Of a stretch of 64,000 nucleotides of DNA, positions 39,223-48,791 are shown piece after piece. The DNA lies in contig JBFLWF010000005.1 in the NCBI GenBank assembly GCA_040758355.1, positions 1 to 64,000 of the forward strand. Direction: 5' to 3'. The stretch comes from Nitrospirota bacterium. Its GTDB lineage: Bacteria > Nitrospirota > Thermodesulfovibrionia > Thermodesulfovibrionales > Dissulfurispiraceae. The notes beneath the pieces were generated by a model. That model saw only the letters and a program-made list of their open reading frames with translations. It was not told where the DNA came from and did not search any database. Each line of letters opens with the position of its first letter. Positions within the stretch are counted from its first letter, which is position 1. The translations under genes were made by a program, and so were the position numbers.

Positions 39223-40246
39223 AGCGTATCTTTTCTCCTCCTTTTTCGATAAATCCAATATGGTAAGCATCAAACCCATATTGTTTTAAAACGGAGATCG
39301 AGAGGTCGGAATTTTCTTTAGGTAGTACTATAACATATCCGATGCCCAGATTAAAGGTTTTTTTCATATCCTCATCAGGGACATTACCAAGTCTTTTGAT
39401 AATATTAAATATAGGCAGCATTGGCCATGAGTTTTCTTTTATTACCGATGTCAGTCCATCTCCGATTATTCTCGGCACATTGCCCACAATGCCGCCGCCT
39501 GTTATATGAGCCATTCCATGAACATCCATCTTATCTTTCAATGCATCGAATGCCTTTACATATATCTTCGTGGGCTTAAGAAGTTCTTCTCCGATTGTAG
39601 TACCAAGCTCGGGTATGTGTGTATCAATATCGAATTTAGCTGCATCGAAAAATACCTTCCTTGCAAGGGAATAGCCATTGCTGTGCAGGCCGCTGGATGC
39701 TATTCCTATTATGACATCTCCCTCTTTTATCTTTGAGCCGTCAATGATTTTATCTCTATCCACAACACCAACTGCAAAGCCTGCAAGGTCATATTCGTCT
39801 TCCCCATAAAATCCTGGCATCTCTGCCGTCTCTCCACCAATCAATGCGCATCCCGATTCTTTGCAACCTTCTGCAATTCCTTTTACAACATCCTTTGCCT
39901 TTTCTGATTTGAGTTTTCCTGTTGCAAAGTAATCGAGGAAAAATAAAGGCTCTGCACCGAGGGTGAGAATGTCATTTACGCACATTGCCACAAGGTCAAT
40001 GCCAACGGTGTCGTGCTTGTCCATCATGAATGCAATCTTTAATTTTGTCCCTACGCCGTCGGTTCCGCTCACAAGCACCGGCTCTTTATACTTTTTAATA
40101 TCCAGTTTGAACAATGCGCCAAAAGAGCCTATTTCGGTCATAACCTCTGGTCTGAATGTCTTTTTCACCAGAGGCGAGATGAGGCTAACAAACCTGTCGC
40201 CTTCGTCTATATCAACGCCGGCCTTTTTATACGTTAACTCTTCCAT
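39215..40246 (-). CDS. purM: phosphoribosylformylglycinamidine cyclo-ligase
   Basis: YKKAGVD, TDGVGTK, GGETAEMP, SSGLHSNGYSL, HITGGG. Confidence 0.97.
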   Translation of the reverse strand: MEELTYKKAGVDIDEGDRFVSLISPLVKKTFRPEVMTEIGSFGALFKLDIKKYKEPVLVSGTDGVGTKLKIAFMMDKHDTVGIDLVAMCVNDILTLGAEPLFFLDYFATGKLKSEKAKDVVKGIAEGCKESGCALIGGETAEMPGFYGEDEYDLAGFAVGVVDRDKIIDGSKIKEGDVIIGIASSGLHSNGYSLARKVFFDAAKFDIDTHIPELGTTIGEELLKPTKIYVKAFDALKDKMDVHGMAHITGGGIVGNVPRIIGDGLTSVIKENSWPMLPIFNIIKRLGNVPDEDMKKTFNLGIGYVIVLPKENSDLSISVLKQYGFDAYHIGFIEKGGEKIRYV

Positions 40247-40253
40247 ATCACCT

Positions 40254-41102
40254 CTAAACAATCTTCATGCTTATATCCACAGCCCTTGCAGAGTGCGTCA
40301 ATGCGCCGATTGATATTATATCAACTCCTGTCTCTGCAATGCTCCTGATATTTTCGAGATTCACATTTCCCGATGCCTCAAGCAAAATTCTATAACTTCG
40401 AATTTCGAATTTCGAATCTCGAATTTTAACAGCCTTTGTCATATCAGGTATAGACATATTATCGAGCATAATGACATCAGCCCCTGCATCCAATGCCTCT
40501 TTTAATTCATCAAGGCTTTTTACTTCGATCTCAATTTTTAAGAGATGGTGTCCCTTCTTTGCAAGCACAACAGCCTTTTTTACACCACCCGCTATCTTTA
40601 TATGATTGTCCTTGATCAAAATCCCATCATAAAGCCCGAATCTGTGATTAGCCCCTCCGCCGATTTTTACACCATATTTTTCCATAATACGCATTCCTGG
40701 TATGGTCTTTCTGGTATCGGCAATTTTCACTGATAATCCCTCGACCTTTTTCACAAACTGATTTGTCATCGTAGCAATTCCAGATATGCGCTGAAGGATG
40801 TTCAATGAAATCCTTTCTCCTGCAAGAAGGCTTCTTGCATTTCCAGAAATCCCTGCTATTATATCACCCTTTTTGACACTGGAGCCTTCATCGAAAAATA
40901 CATTTATTACAACATCAGTGTCTATCGCATTAAATACTTCCTTTACAAAAGGCATCCCTGCAAGGATAAAATCTTCTTTTGCAATAATATTCGCTTTGGC
41001 TTTTTTACCCTTGGGAACAATCAAAAGGGATGTTATATCGCCATGACCGATATCTTCGAGTATCGCAAGGCGTATCGTTTCTTTTAGGAGTTCAATAGTC
41101 AT
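40254..41102 (-). CDS. nadC: nicotinate-nucleotide pyrophosphorylase
   Basis: EDIGHGDITS, DTRKT.PG, IKDNH, IMLDN, EASG. Confidence 0.96.
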   Translation of the reverse strand: MTIELLKETIRLAILEDIGHGDITSLLIVPKGKKAKANIIAKEDFILAGMPFVKEVFNAIDTDVVINVFFDEGSSVKKGDIIAGISGNARSLLAGERISLNILQRISGIATMTNQFVKKVEGLSVKIADTRKTIPGMRIMEKYGVKIGGGANHRFGLYDGILIKDNHIKIAGGVKKAVVLAKKGHHLLKIEIEVKSLDELKEALDAGADVIMLDNMSIPDMTKAVKIRDSKFEIRSYRILLEASGNVNLENIRSIAETGVDIISIGALTHSARAVDISMKIV

Positions 41103-41581
41103 CTTTTCTTAAAAATTGAAAACAATCCGAATATCCCTCCTGCAACAGCGCCTATTGCAAGTGCAGAACGCCAGTCGAGAAGCGTGGTTACATTGCCGCT
41201 TATGTTTTTACCTATCATGAGGATCGAAGTGCTGTTGTTGGAATTTATCTCCCTCGCAGCAATAACACCGGCAGCGCTCTTATTTACAACTGCCTCTTCT
41301 GCAGAAACTGCAACAGGCGCAAAGGAGAAATTAAGATTTGTGGTATTCCCTGCTGTCAGTACCCCTATGCTCTGGTTTAAAGAGAGGTTTGCGCCGCGCA
41401 TCAACACGGACGCTCCCTGCGTGACCTCAACCCGCTCGCCGTCAATGCTCAATGCACCGACCTGCTGCAGCTCGATATGACCTCCTTCTACTGATCTGAT
41501 AGTGCTCTGCCTGATATTCATAAATTCTGCTTCGACCATACCAAGGTTTTTATTCTCCATCTCTATGATCTCTTTCTCCAT
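41099..41581 (-). CDS. hypothetical protein with ~15-aa periodic repeats and a C-terminal TM anchor
   Basis: Co-directional between valS and nadC, stop overlaps the nadC start; hydrophobic C-terminus ending KKR. Confidence 0.75.
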   Translation of the reverse strand: MEKEIIEMENKNLGMVEAEFMNIRQSTIRSVEGGHIELQQVGALSIDGERVEVTQGASVLMRGANLSLNQSIGVLTAGNTTNLNFSFAPVAVSAEEAVVNKSAAGVIAAREINSNNSTSILMIGKNISGNVTTLLDWRSALAIGAVAGGIFGLFSIFKKR

Positions 41582-41597
41582 GGTTCCACCCCCTATT

Positions 41598-44411
41598 TTA
41601 TTGTTCTATTGTTTTGAGTAGTTTTATGTTATCCTCTATTTTTGCCTTTTTATGTGTAAGGTCTTCAAACTTCGCCCTCTCCTTTTCCACAACAGCCTGT
41701 GGAGCATTTTTCACAAAATCTTCATTGGCAAGCTTTTTGGTGAGGGTTGCCATTGCATCGTCTATCTTTGACTTCTCCTTCCGAAGCCTTTCTATCTCTG
41801 CCTTTACATCTATTAGCCCTTCTATTGGAATGTAGATTTCCATCCTATCCTTCACAGATACAGCAGAGCCCTTTACCCTCGTAATATCAGGTCCGATGCT
41901 TATCTCTTTACACCGCGTTAATTTCATTATGGAGGCGAGATTGTTTTTAAGAATATCCTCAACCTCTTTTGATGCTGTCTTTATATCTGCCCTGATTTCG
42001 AGCGAGGGAGCTATATTCAATTCACCTCTCACACTCCTTATGCCTGTGACTGCGTTTATCACATAGTTCATCTTTTCTTCTGCATCAGGGTATCCGGGAA
42101 GTTCTTCAGGATAAGGTGATACCATAATGCTCTGATGGCGTTCAAACACTGTATTCCACAATTCCTCGGTAACATACGGCATAAATGGATGAAGCAACTG
42201 AATGGTCTTCTCAAGAACAAAGAATAAACAGTTTATAACCATTGCCTTCTCTTCGCTGCCTCCCTGATAAAGGACAGGTTTTGTAAACTCGATGTACCAG
42301 TCGCAGAATTCATGCCAGACAAACTGGTATATGCTGTTAGCTGCATCATTGAATCTGTAGTTCTCAAGATTTCTATTCACATCTTCTGCTGTAAATGCCA
42401 GCCTGCTCAGAATCCATCTTTCGGGCAAAGTTAACGGCTGACTGCTGACTGCTGACTGCTGGTAGCCCTGAGATACTATGAATTTCGCTGCATTCCATAG
42501 TTTATTTATGAAGTATCTGTATCCCTCGACACGATCTTCAGAAAATCTCACGTCCCTTCCCTGTGCAGCAAATGCAGCGAGAGTGAATCTGAATGCGTCA
42601 GCACCATATTTATCTATCATCACGAGAGGATCTATCACATTGCCTTTTGACTTGGACATCTTCTGTCCCTTTGAATCGCGTACAAGGGCATGGATATAAA
42701 CATCCTTGAACGGCACGTTATTCATAGATTTAAGCCCCATCATAATCATGCGTGCAACCCAGAAGAAAAGAATGTCAAAGCCTGTGACAAGGACACTGGT
42801 GGGATAAAACATCTTTAAGTCTTCTGTTTCCTCAGGCCATCCTAATGTCGAGAAAGGCCATAGTGCCGATGAAAACCATGTGTCAAGGACATCAGGGTCA
42901 CGGATTATGTTTCTGCTGCCGCATTCAGGGCACTCCTTTAAATCATCCTTCCGGCAGATTGATTTAACGCTCTTTGATATTCTTATGATCTTCGAATTTT
43001 CGATTATGTCGTCGTGGCTCATTCCTGACCGTCTTAGCTCTGAATATATACCGCCTGTGATCTTTCTTCCGTCTTTGAGCATGGCAGGTTCAAAAAATAT
43101 GTGCTCTATCATCTCTCCCTGAGGCGGCATTCCATTCTCTCCTTTACAATCAGGGCAATACCAGACAGGTATCTGGTGGCCCCACCATATCTGACGGGAT
43201 ATGCACCAGTCCTTTATGTCCCTCATCCATGCAAAATAGTTGTTTTCCCACTGCTCTGGAACAAGCCTTATACTTTTTCCCTCAACTGCCTTTACCGCTT
43301 CTGCAGCAAGGGATTCTATCTTCACATACCACTGAATCGTAAGGATAGGCTCTATTATGGTCTTGCATCTGTAACAATGTCCAACAGAGTGGCGATGCTT
43401 TTTGTCGCCTTCGAGCAGGTCGAGTTCCTGTAAATCTTCTATGACCTTTTTCCTGCAGGCATATCTGTCAAGGCCGCTGTATCGCTCTCCTGCATCTGCT
43501 GACATGCGGCCGTCTTCTGCAATAACGCTTATAGACTTAAGATTATGGCGCTTACCAATTGCTTCATCATTGAAATCATGTGCAGGCGTTACTTTCACTG
43601 CTCCAGTTCCAAAGGCAGGGTCGACTGCCGGATCCGCAATTACGGGTATTTTTCTGCCAGTCAGTGGCAGGTCAAGACTTTTACCGATAAGGTCTTTATA
43701 TCTCTCATCTTCAGGATGCACTGCAACTCCTGTATCGCCAAGCATTGTCTCAGGCCTTGTGGTTGAAACCGTGATATACCCATCCCCCTCTGTAAGCGGA
43801 TATTTTATGTCATACAGTTTGCCGTCAATCTCTTCATACTCCACTTCAAGGTCAGAAAGTGCAGTATGGCACCTCGGGCACCAGTTGATTAAGCGATTAT
43901 CCCTATATACGAGCCCTTCTTCAAATAGCCTTACAAAGACCTCCCTGACAGCCCTCGATAATCCTTCGTCTAAGGTAAATCTCTCCCTCGACCAGTCGCA
44001 AGACGCACCAAGCTTTTTAAGCTGATGGATTATTCTTCCGCCGTATTCTGCCTTCCACTTCCAGACCCTCTCGATAAATGCATCCCTTCCCAGCTTATGC
44101 CTGTCGACTCCTTCCTTGGAGATTTCTCTCTCTACAACATTCTGGGTCGCAATCCCGGCATGGTCTGTCCCGGGAAGCCACAATACTTTAAAACCCAACA
44201 TCCTTTTCCATCGTGTGAGGATATCCTGAATCGTGGCATTAAGGGCATGACCCATATGCAGGGATCCCGTAACATTAGGCGGCGGTATGACTATGCAGAA
44301 AGGCGATTTGGCAGCATCAGGATCAGGCCTGAAATATCCCTTTTCTTCCCAAAAAACATACCATCTGTCTTCTATGTCTTCCGGACTGTAAGTTTTCTTT
44401 AATTCGATCAT
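41598..44411 (-). CDS. valS: valine--tRNA ligase
   Basis: PPNVTGSLHMGH, WCISRQ, DVLDTWFSS, KMSKS, C-terminal coiled coil. Confidence 0.98.
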   Translation of the reverse strand: MIELKKTYSPEDIEDRWYVFWEEKGYFRPDPDAAKSPFCIVIPPPNVTGSLHMGHALNATIQDILTRWKRMLGFKVLWLPGTDHAGIATQNVVEREISKEGVDRHKLGRDAFIERVWKWKAEYGGRIIHQLKKLGASCDWSRERFTLDEGLSRAVREVFVRLFEEGLVYRDNRLINWCPRCHTALSDLEVEYEEIDGKLYDIKYPLTEGDGYITVSTTRPETMLGDTGVAVHPEDERYKDLIGKSLDLPLTGRKIPVIADPAVDPAFGTGAVKVTPAHDFNDEAIGKRHNLKSISVIAEDGRMSADAGERYSGLDRYACRKKVIEDLQELDLLEGDKKHRHSVGHCYRCKTIIEPILTIQWYVKIESLAAEAVKAVEGKSIRLVPEQWENNYFAWMRDIKDWCISRQIWWGHQIPVWYCPDCKGENGMPPQGEMIEHIFFEPAMLKDGRKITGGIYSELRRSGMSHDDIIENSKIIRISKSVKSICRKDDLKECPECGSRNIIRDPDVLDTWFSSALWPFSTLGWPEETEDLKMFYPTSVLVTGFDILFFWVARMIMMGLKSMNNVPFKDVYIHALVRDSKGQKMSKSKGNVIDPLVMIDKYGADAFRFTLAAFAAQGRDVRFSEDRVEGYRYFINKLWNAAKFIVSQGYQQSAVSSQPLTLPERWILSRLAFTAEDVNRNLENYRFNDAANSIYQFVWHEFCDWYIEFTKPVLYQGGSEEKAMVINCLFFVLEKTIQLLHPFMPYVTEELWNTVFERHQSIMVSPYPEELPGYPDAEEKMNYVINAVTGIRSVRGELNIAPSLEIRADIKTASKEVEDILKNNLASIMKLTRCKEISIGPDITRVKGSAVSVKDRMEIYIPIEGLIDVKAEIERLRKEKSKIDDAMATLTKKLANEDFVKNAPQAVVEKERAKFEDLTHKKAKIEDNIKLLKTIEQ

Positions 44412-44413
44412 AA

Positions 44414-44628
44414 TTAAATTAAACGATTTTAATTTCAGCGATATATGTCAGACGCGGATCAAAGACTTTAAACTCCGCACTTGTAAAGACATTTACTTTG
44501 CATCCGTCATCTACTACATTGGATACTTGTTGGGTGATGCAATTATAATCCTTTGTTATACACATGAAATACGACTTTTTAAAAGGCTTTGAGCCGTGCC
44601 TGACATATAGCAGAATCGCTCAGCTTAG
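44414..44628. mobile_element. MITE-like element, copy 1
   Basis: Inner IR TATATGTCAG..CTGACATATA (44442-44609); aligns end to end with 52253-52421. Confidence 0.75.
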
Positions 44629-45606
44629 CTCTGAAGTAATTTTTTCTATCTCTTTCTTTATCAATGTTTCGGCAACTTCAGGTACGATCCTTTTAATCGC
44701 AGCCTCGATCTCGCCCCTCATGGATCCCATCAAGTCCTTCATCAACTCCCTTGTTACATTCTCAATAATATCCGGCGCTATTGATGATACTGCCTGTTCA
44801 ACCGAATCCTTTATTGCTGAAGATATCTGGGGTAATACATCGCTAACTATGACGCCTGAAATTTTTTCTTCAACGATTCCCTGCGGTATTTCTGAAACCT
44901 GTTCAATTACGGGTGCTGCCAACGGCTCTTTAAGTTCTTCGGTAGCAGGGATTTCTTCTTCTTTCATTGTCTCGGCCATAGCTTCGGCCATGGCTCCGGA
45001 TAGCTCAGCCTCAAAACCCTTTGCCTCATATTCCTCTTCTGCCATCACCTGTTCCTCTGCCTTTTCCTCAGCTACAGGGATCTCTTCATCCCACCTCGGC
45101 TCCTGAACTGCCAATTTAGATAATTCAACCGATTCGGCCATAGCTCCGGATAATCCAACAGAGACTTCAGGAGTACCGGCCTCAGACAGCAATTCCTCCT
45201 CCTGAATTTCTTCGGCCTCAGCCTGTTTTGCAGGCTCAAAACTCTTGAGCAAAGCCTTTACCTTGCTGATCAATTCCTGAGATTCAAAAGGCTTGATGAT
45301 AAAGTCATCCGCATAAACTGATTTCGCGTACTCTTCGTCAAATGGTTCGAATGCGCCTGCAAGAAGGATTACGGGGATCATGGCAGTGGCCATGTCATTC
45401 TTTATCTTTTCGCAGAGTTGATAGCCGTTTAATTTTGGCATCTCGATATCCGCAAGAATAATATCGGGTTTGAATGAGTCCAATGCCTGAAGGGCCTGCT
45501 CTCCGTCATTAAAGGTCCTTATCTCAAAATCTTCGGGAGCAAGGACAAGCTCGACCACCTTCTGGATAGTAAGGCTGTCATCCGCTAACAGCAGTTTATA
45601 AGGCAT
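44620..45606 (-). CDS. response regulator: receiver domain, acidic linker, helical C-terminus
   Basis: LLADDS, ILADIEMPKLNG, IIKPF. Confidence 0.85.
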   Translation of the reverse strand: MPYKLLLADDSLTIQKVVELVLAPEDFEIRTFNDGEQALQALDSFKPDIILADIEMPKLNGYQLCEKIKNDMATAMIPVILLAGAFEPFDEEYAKSVYADDFIIKPFESQELISKVKALLKSFEPAKQAEAEEIQEEELLSEAGTPEVSVGLSGAMAESVELSKLAVQEPRWDEEIPVAEEKAEEQVMAEEEYEAKGFEAELSGAMAEAMAETMKEEEIPATEELKEPLAAPVIEQVSEIPQGIVEEKISGVIVSDVLPQISSAIKDSVEQAVSSIAPDIIENVTRELMKDLMGSMRGEIEAAIKRIVPEVAETLIKKEIEKITSELS

Positions 45607-45659
45607 AATCCCCCTTTGTCGTACAGGTTATAAACTCTATAATGCTATGACGCTGTTTG

Positions 45660-46031
45660 TCAAGACTTTTTCTTGCTTCTGTAGTCCTCTATTGCCTTCC
45701 TTAATGCATCGGCACCGAGATTGGAGCAGTGCATCTTCTGGGGTGGAAGCCCGCCCAGTTCCTGAGCAACCGCCTCTTTGGATATGCTTAATGCCTCATC
45801 AAGGGTTTTGCCCTTGACCATTTCTGTAATCATGCTGCTCACAGCAATGGCAGCCCCGCATCCAAATGTCCTGAACTTCGCATCAACAATCACATCATTT
45901 TCAATTTTTATAAACAACTGCATAGCATCGCCGCATGTGGGATTGCCCTCCATGCCTACGCCATCCGCATCAGGGATCTCACCCACATTCCTCGGGTTCA
46001 TGAAATGATCCATTACTTTTTGAGAATACAT
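45660..46031 (-). CDS. iscU: Fe-S scaffold IscU/NifU-N
   Basis: DHFMNPRNVG, NPTCGD, FGCGAAIA, KMHCS. Confidence 0.93.
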   Translation of the reverse strand: MYSQKVMDHFMNPRNVGEIPDADGVGMEGNPTCGDAMQLFIKIENDVIVDAKFRTFGCGAAIAVSSMITEMVKGKTLDEALSISKEAVAQELGGLPPQKMHCSNLGADALRKAIEDYRSKKKS

Positions 46032-46043
46032 ATTAAACCTCCT

Positions 46044-47252
46044 TTATCCTGTGTAACATTTTTCCCCTTCACCTGATTCGCCCCACCCTTTTGCAAACGG
46101 AGACATTTCTCTCAATCTATTAATAATCTGTGGAAACTCGTTGATGAAATAATCCACATCTTCATCCGTATTGCCCGTACCGAGACTGAATACAATAGAT
46201 CCCTGTGCAAGGGCTGATGAAATTCCAAGAGACAATAATACCGGTGAAGACTTAAGTGCCTTTGAAGAGCAGGCAGAGCCGCTTGCTGCGTATATGCCTT
46301 TCATTGAGAGCATTAACAGCATCGCCTCTCCTTCGATGAATTCAACCACAAAGCTCGCATGATGCGGCAATCTTTTATTAAGGTTATTGGCAGGATGCCC
46401 TGTAAGGTACACATTCGGTATTTTAAGCGCACTTTCTATTATTCTATCACGGAGCCTTTTACAGTGCTCCATTCTCTTGCCCATCTCATTCTTTGCAAGC
46501 TCTGCAGCCCTGCCCATGCCGACTATGGCAGGGACATTCTCTGTGCCTGCCCTCCTGCCGCCTTCCTGAATGCCTCCGTAAATAAGGGGGACTATCCTTA
46601 ATCCCTCCCTTACATACAAAGCGCCTGCTCCTTTGGGCCCATAGAACTGATGCGCTGCCATGCTCAAAAGGTCAACACCAAGCTCCTTCACATCAACAGG
46701 GATGTTTCCTGTTGTCGCCACGGCATCCGTGTGGAGTATTATATTCCTTTCCTTTGCTATTGCTGCTATCTCTTTTATTGGCTCTATAGAGCCGATCTCG
46801 CTGCTTGCATGTGCTACCGAAATAAGTATAGTTTCCTTTGTAATTGAGTCTTTAACAACATCTGGATCGACAAGCCCGTGCTTGTCAACAGGAAGGTATG
46901 TGACTGCAAAGCCGCTCTTTTCGAGGAAGCGCGCTGAATTGAGAATGGAATGGTGTTCCACTTTCGATACAATCACGTGCTTGCCCTGATTCTGTTTTGC
47001 AATGGCTATTCCCCTGAGGGCAAAATTATTTGCCTCTGCACCGTTTGCAGTGAAAACTATGGTTGACGGCTTTGCGTTTATCAGGGAGGCGACAGATGTG
47101 CGTGCATTTTCTATTGCATCCCGTGCATTCATGCCGAGGTCATATACGCTCAAAGGGTTTCCGAACTCTTCCTTAAAATAAGGCATCATTGCGTCCAGAA
47201 CATCCGGATGCAACGGGTTTGTTGCAACATGGTCAAAATAACACTTCCTCAT
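46044..47252 (-). CDS. iscS: cysteine desulfurase IscS/NifS
   Basis: FGNP.S, EHHS, HTDAV, RAGTEN, SSGSACSS; SMAAHQFYGPKG has Q where the PLP lysine is expected. Confidence 0.85.
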   Translation of the reverse strand: MRKCYFDHVATNPLHPDVLDAMMPYFKEEFGNPLSVYDLGMNARDAIENARTSVASLINAKPSTIVFTANGAEANNFALRGIAIAKQNQGKHVIVSKVEHHSILNSARFLEKSGFAVTYLPVDKHGLVDPDVVKDSITKETILISVAHASSEIGSIEPIKEIAAIAKERNIILHTDAVATTGNIPVDVKELGVDLLSMAAHQFYGPKGAGALYVREGLRIVPLIYGGIQEGGRRAGTENVPAIVGMGRAAELAKNEMGKRMEHCKRLRDRIIESALKIPNVYLTGHPANNLNKRLPHHASFVVEFIEGEAMLLMLSMKGIYAASGSACSSKALKSSPVLLSLGISSALAQGSIVFSLGTGNTDEDVDYFINEFPQIINRLREMSPFAKGWGESGEGEKCYTG

Positions 47253-47533
47253 ATCGTCTCCTTTTTAGCTATTAGCTGATAGCTGTCAGCTTTTTTCCTC
47301 ACATAAAACTTGTAATAGTCCTCATCCTCATCCATTCCTATGAACTCGTTCCCTGTCTTTTCGCACCATTGCGGTATATCTTCGAGTGCGCCGTCATAAT
47401 CTGTAAGTATTTCAAGCACCTGTCCCATTTCAAGCCCCTTTATCATCTCGTCGAGCTTAAGAAGATGCATGGGGCACATCATATACACAATGTCTGCTGT
47501 TATATCCGCCTTTATATCATGAACAAACTTCAT
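47249..47533 (-). CDS. tusA: TusA/SirA-family sulfurtransferase
   Basis: MMCPMH, EILTD, DIPQWC. Confidence 0.8.
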   Translation of the reverse strand: MKFVHDIKADITADIVYMMCPMHLLKLDEMIKGLEMGQVLEILTDYDGALEDIPQWCEKTGNEFIGMDEDEDYYKFYVRKKADSYQLIAKKETI

Positions 47534-47549
47534 AACAAGTACCGGAGTG

Positions 47550-48050
47550 TCACAGTTTCAATAGCGTCATAGCCTTTGGCTCTTTGATGCTTTTAGATTT
47601 TGACTTTGTTACTCTGACACTTTGACTTTTTGACACTTTTAAAAAGTCTCCCGTTATTAAATTCCTAAGGGTTATTGTTCTCAGGAATGCCTCAACCTGC
47701 TCTCCCAATGCCTTCCACAACAAATGCGTGACACAACTGTCAACCCTTACACATCCCTCTTCGGGATCAAGACACGATGTTAAAGCAACAGGCCCCTCCA
47801 GTTCGTTTAAAATAGAGGCTATGCTTATATTTTCAGGGCTCTTGTTCAATATATAACCGCCTCCCGGGCCTTTTATGCTTCTTATGAGGCCGGCCTTCCT
47901 GAGTTTATTGAGTATCTGTTCGAGATAGGCAACAGAGACATCCTGCCTTTCGGAAATCTCCTTGATCGTTACAGGAGTTTCAGGATAACCCCTCGCTATC
48001 TCATACATGGCCCTGACGCCATACTGTCCCTTTGTCGATAATCTCAGCAT
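47550..48050 (-). CDS. iscR: Rrf2 family regulator, IscR-like
   Basis: LSTKGQYG, YLEQIL, GPGGGY, three Cys; heads the isc operon. Confidence 0.85.
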   Translation of the reverse strand: MLRLSTKGQYGVRAMYEIARGYPETPVTIKEISERQDVSVAYLEQILNKLRKAGLIRSIKGPGGGYILNKSPENISIASILNELEGPVALTSCLDPEEGCVRVDSCVTHLLWKALGEQVEAFLRTITLRNLITGDFLKVSKSQSVRVTKSKSKSIKEPKAMTLLKL

Positions 48051-48056
48051 GATACT

Positions 48057-48089
48057 ATGCTATAATACCCTACCATTTTTGTCAAGTAT
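48057..48089 (-). promoter_or_regulatory. IscR type-1-like box overlapping a sigma70 promoter
   Basis: ATACTTGACAAAAATGGTAGGGTAT (48065-48089) matches ATASYYGACTRWWWYAGTCRRSTAT at 22/25; TTGACA-17-TAGCAT. Confidence 0.7.
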
Positions 48090-48153
48090 TTTTATGAAAT
48101 AAATTGATAAGCAGAATTGGCTTGAGCGAATTGATATTTTTTGGTAACGGTTC

Positions 48154-48777
48154 CTACTTCGCCTTTTCCTCAAACAGCTCTTCTTCCTGTTTGTTCTTCA
48201 TCCTCTTGACGAGTTCTTCGTAGGAATCGGTGCGGATAATCTTATTGAATTGTGTCCTGTAGTTGTTTACCAGACTTACGCCCTCTATTACCACATCATA
48301 CACTTCCCACTTGCCGTCCTTCTTGAGAAGCCTGTATTCTATGGGAATCTCAACATTCCTCTTCGTGACTATCTTGGTATCAACCTCTGCATATTCACCA
48401 TTTATCTTTTCGTTTAAATACAGGATTTTCTCATCTGTATAGCTCTCGATCTTTTTGATATACGACCTTTCAAGAAGGTCTGTGTATAGCGGCACAAATT
48501 CTTTTTTTTCCTCCGGCGTCCTTTTTTTCCAGTGAAGGGCAAGAGACCTCTTTGCCATCTCCTCAAAATCGAACCTCTCGGAAATCGTCCTGCGTATTAC
48601 CGTCCTGCGTTCCTTGGTCTTCTCGGGCCTTTTAAGCTCCTTATTCCTTAATATGTCGAGCACCTTATCAACCGTCTGTCTGACCTGCTGTGTAGGGGTG
48701 TCGGCATATGCATATGAGATGTCTGATATAAAAGTGAAAATAAAAAGCAGTGCAAAAAATAATTTGAAGATCATCAT
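48154..48777 (-). CDS. mlaC: phospholipid-binding protein MlaC/Ttg2D
   Basis: FDFEEMAKRSL, WEVYDVVIEGVSLVNNYRTQF. Confidence 0.9.
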   Translation of the reverse strand: MMIFKLFFALLFIFTFISDISYAYADTPTQQVRQTVDKVLDILRNKELKRPEKTKERRTVIRRTISERFDFEEMAKRSLALHWKKRTPEEKKEFVPLYTDLLERSYIKKIESYTDEKILYLNEKINGEYAEVDTKIVTKRNVEIPIEYRLLKKDGKWEVYDVVIEGVSLVNNYRTQFNKIIRTDSYEELVKRMKNKQEEELFEEKAK

Positions 48778-48791
48778 AAAAATAGAACCTC

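Noticed and set aside
44442..44566. Open minus-strand frame inside the MITE core (MCITKDYNC...)
   Set aside because: The second copy lacks the ATG and differs by an indel upstream; no SD.
44564..45106. 180-aa plus-strand ORF and the many other antisense ORFs in the track
   Set aside because: Shadows of well-supported genes on the opposite strand.
44970..45156. Duplicated LSGAMAE segments in the response regulator linker
   Set aside because: Ordinary low-complexity linker duplication.
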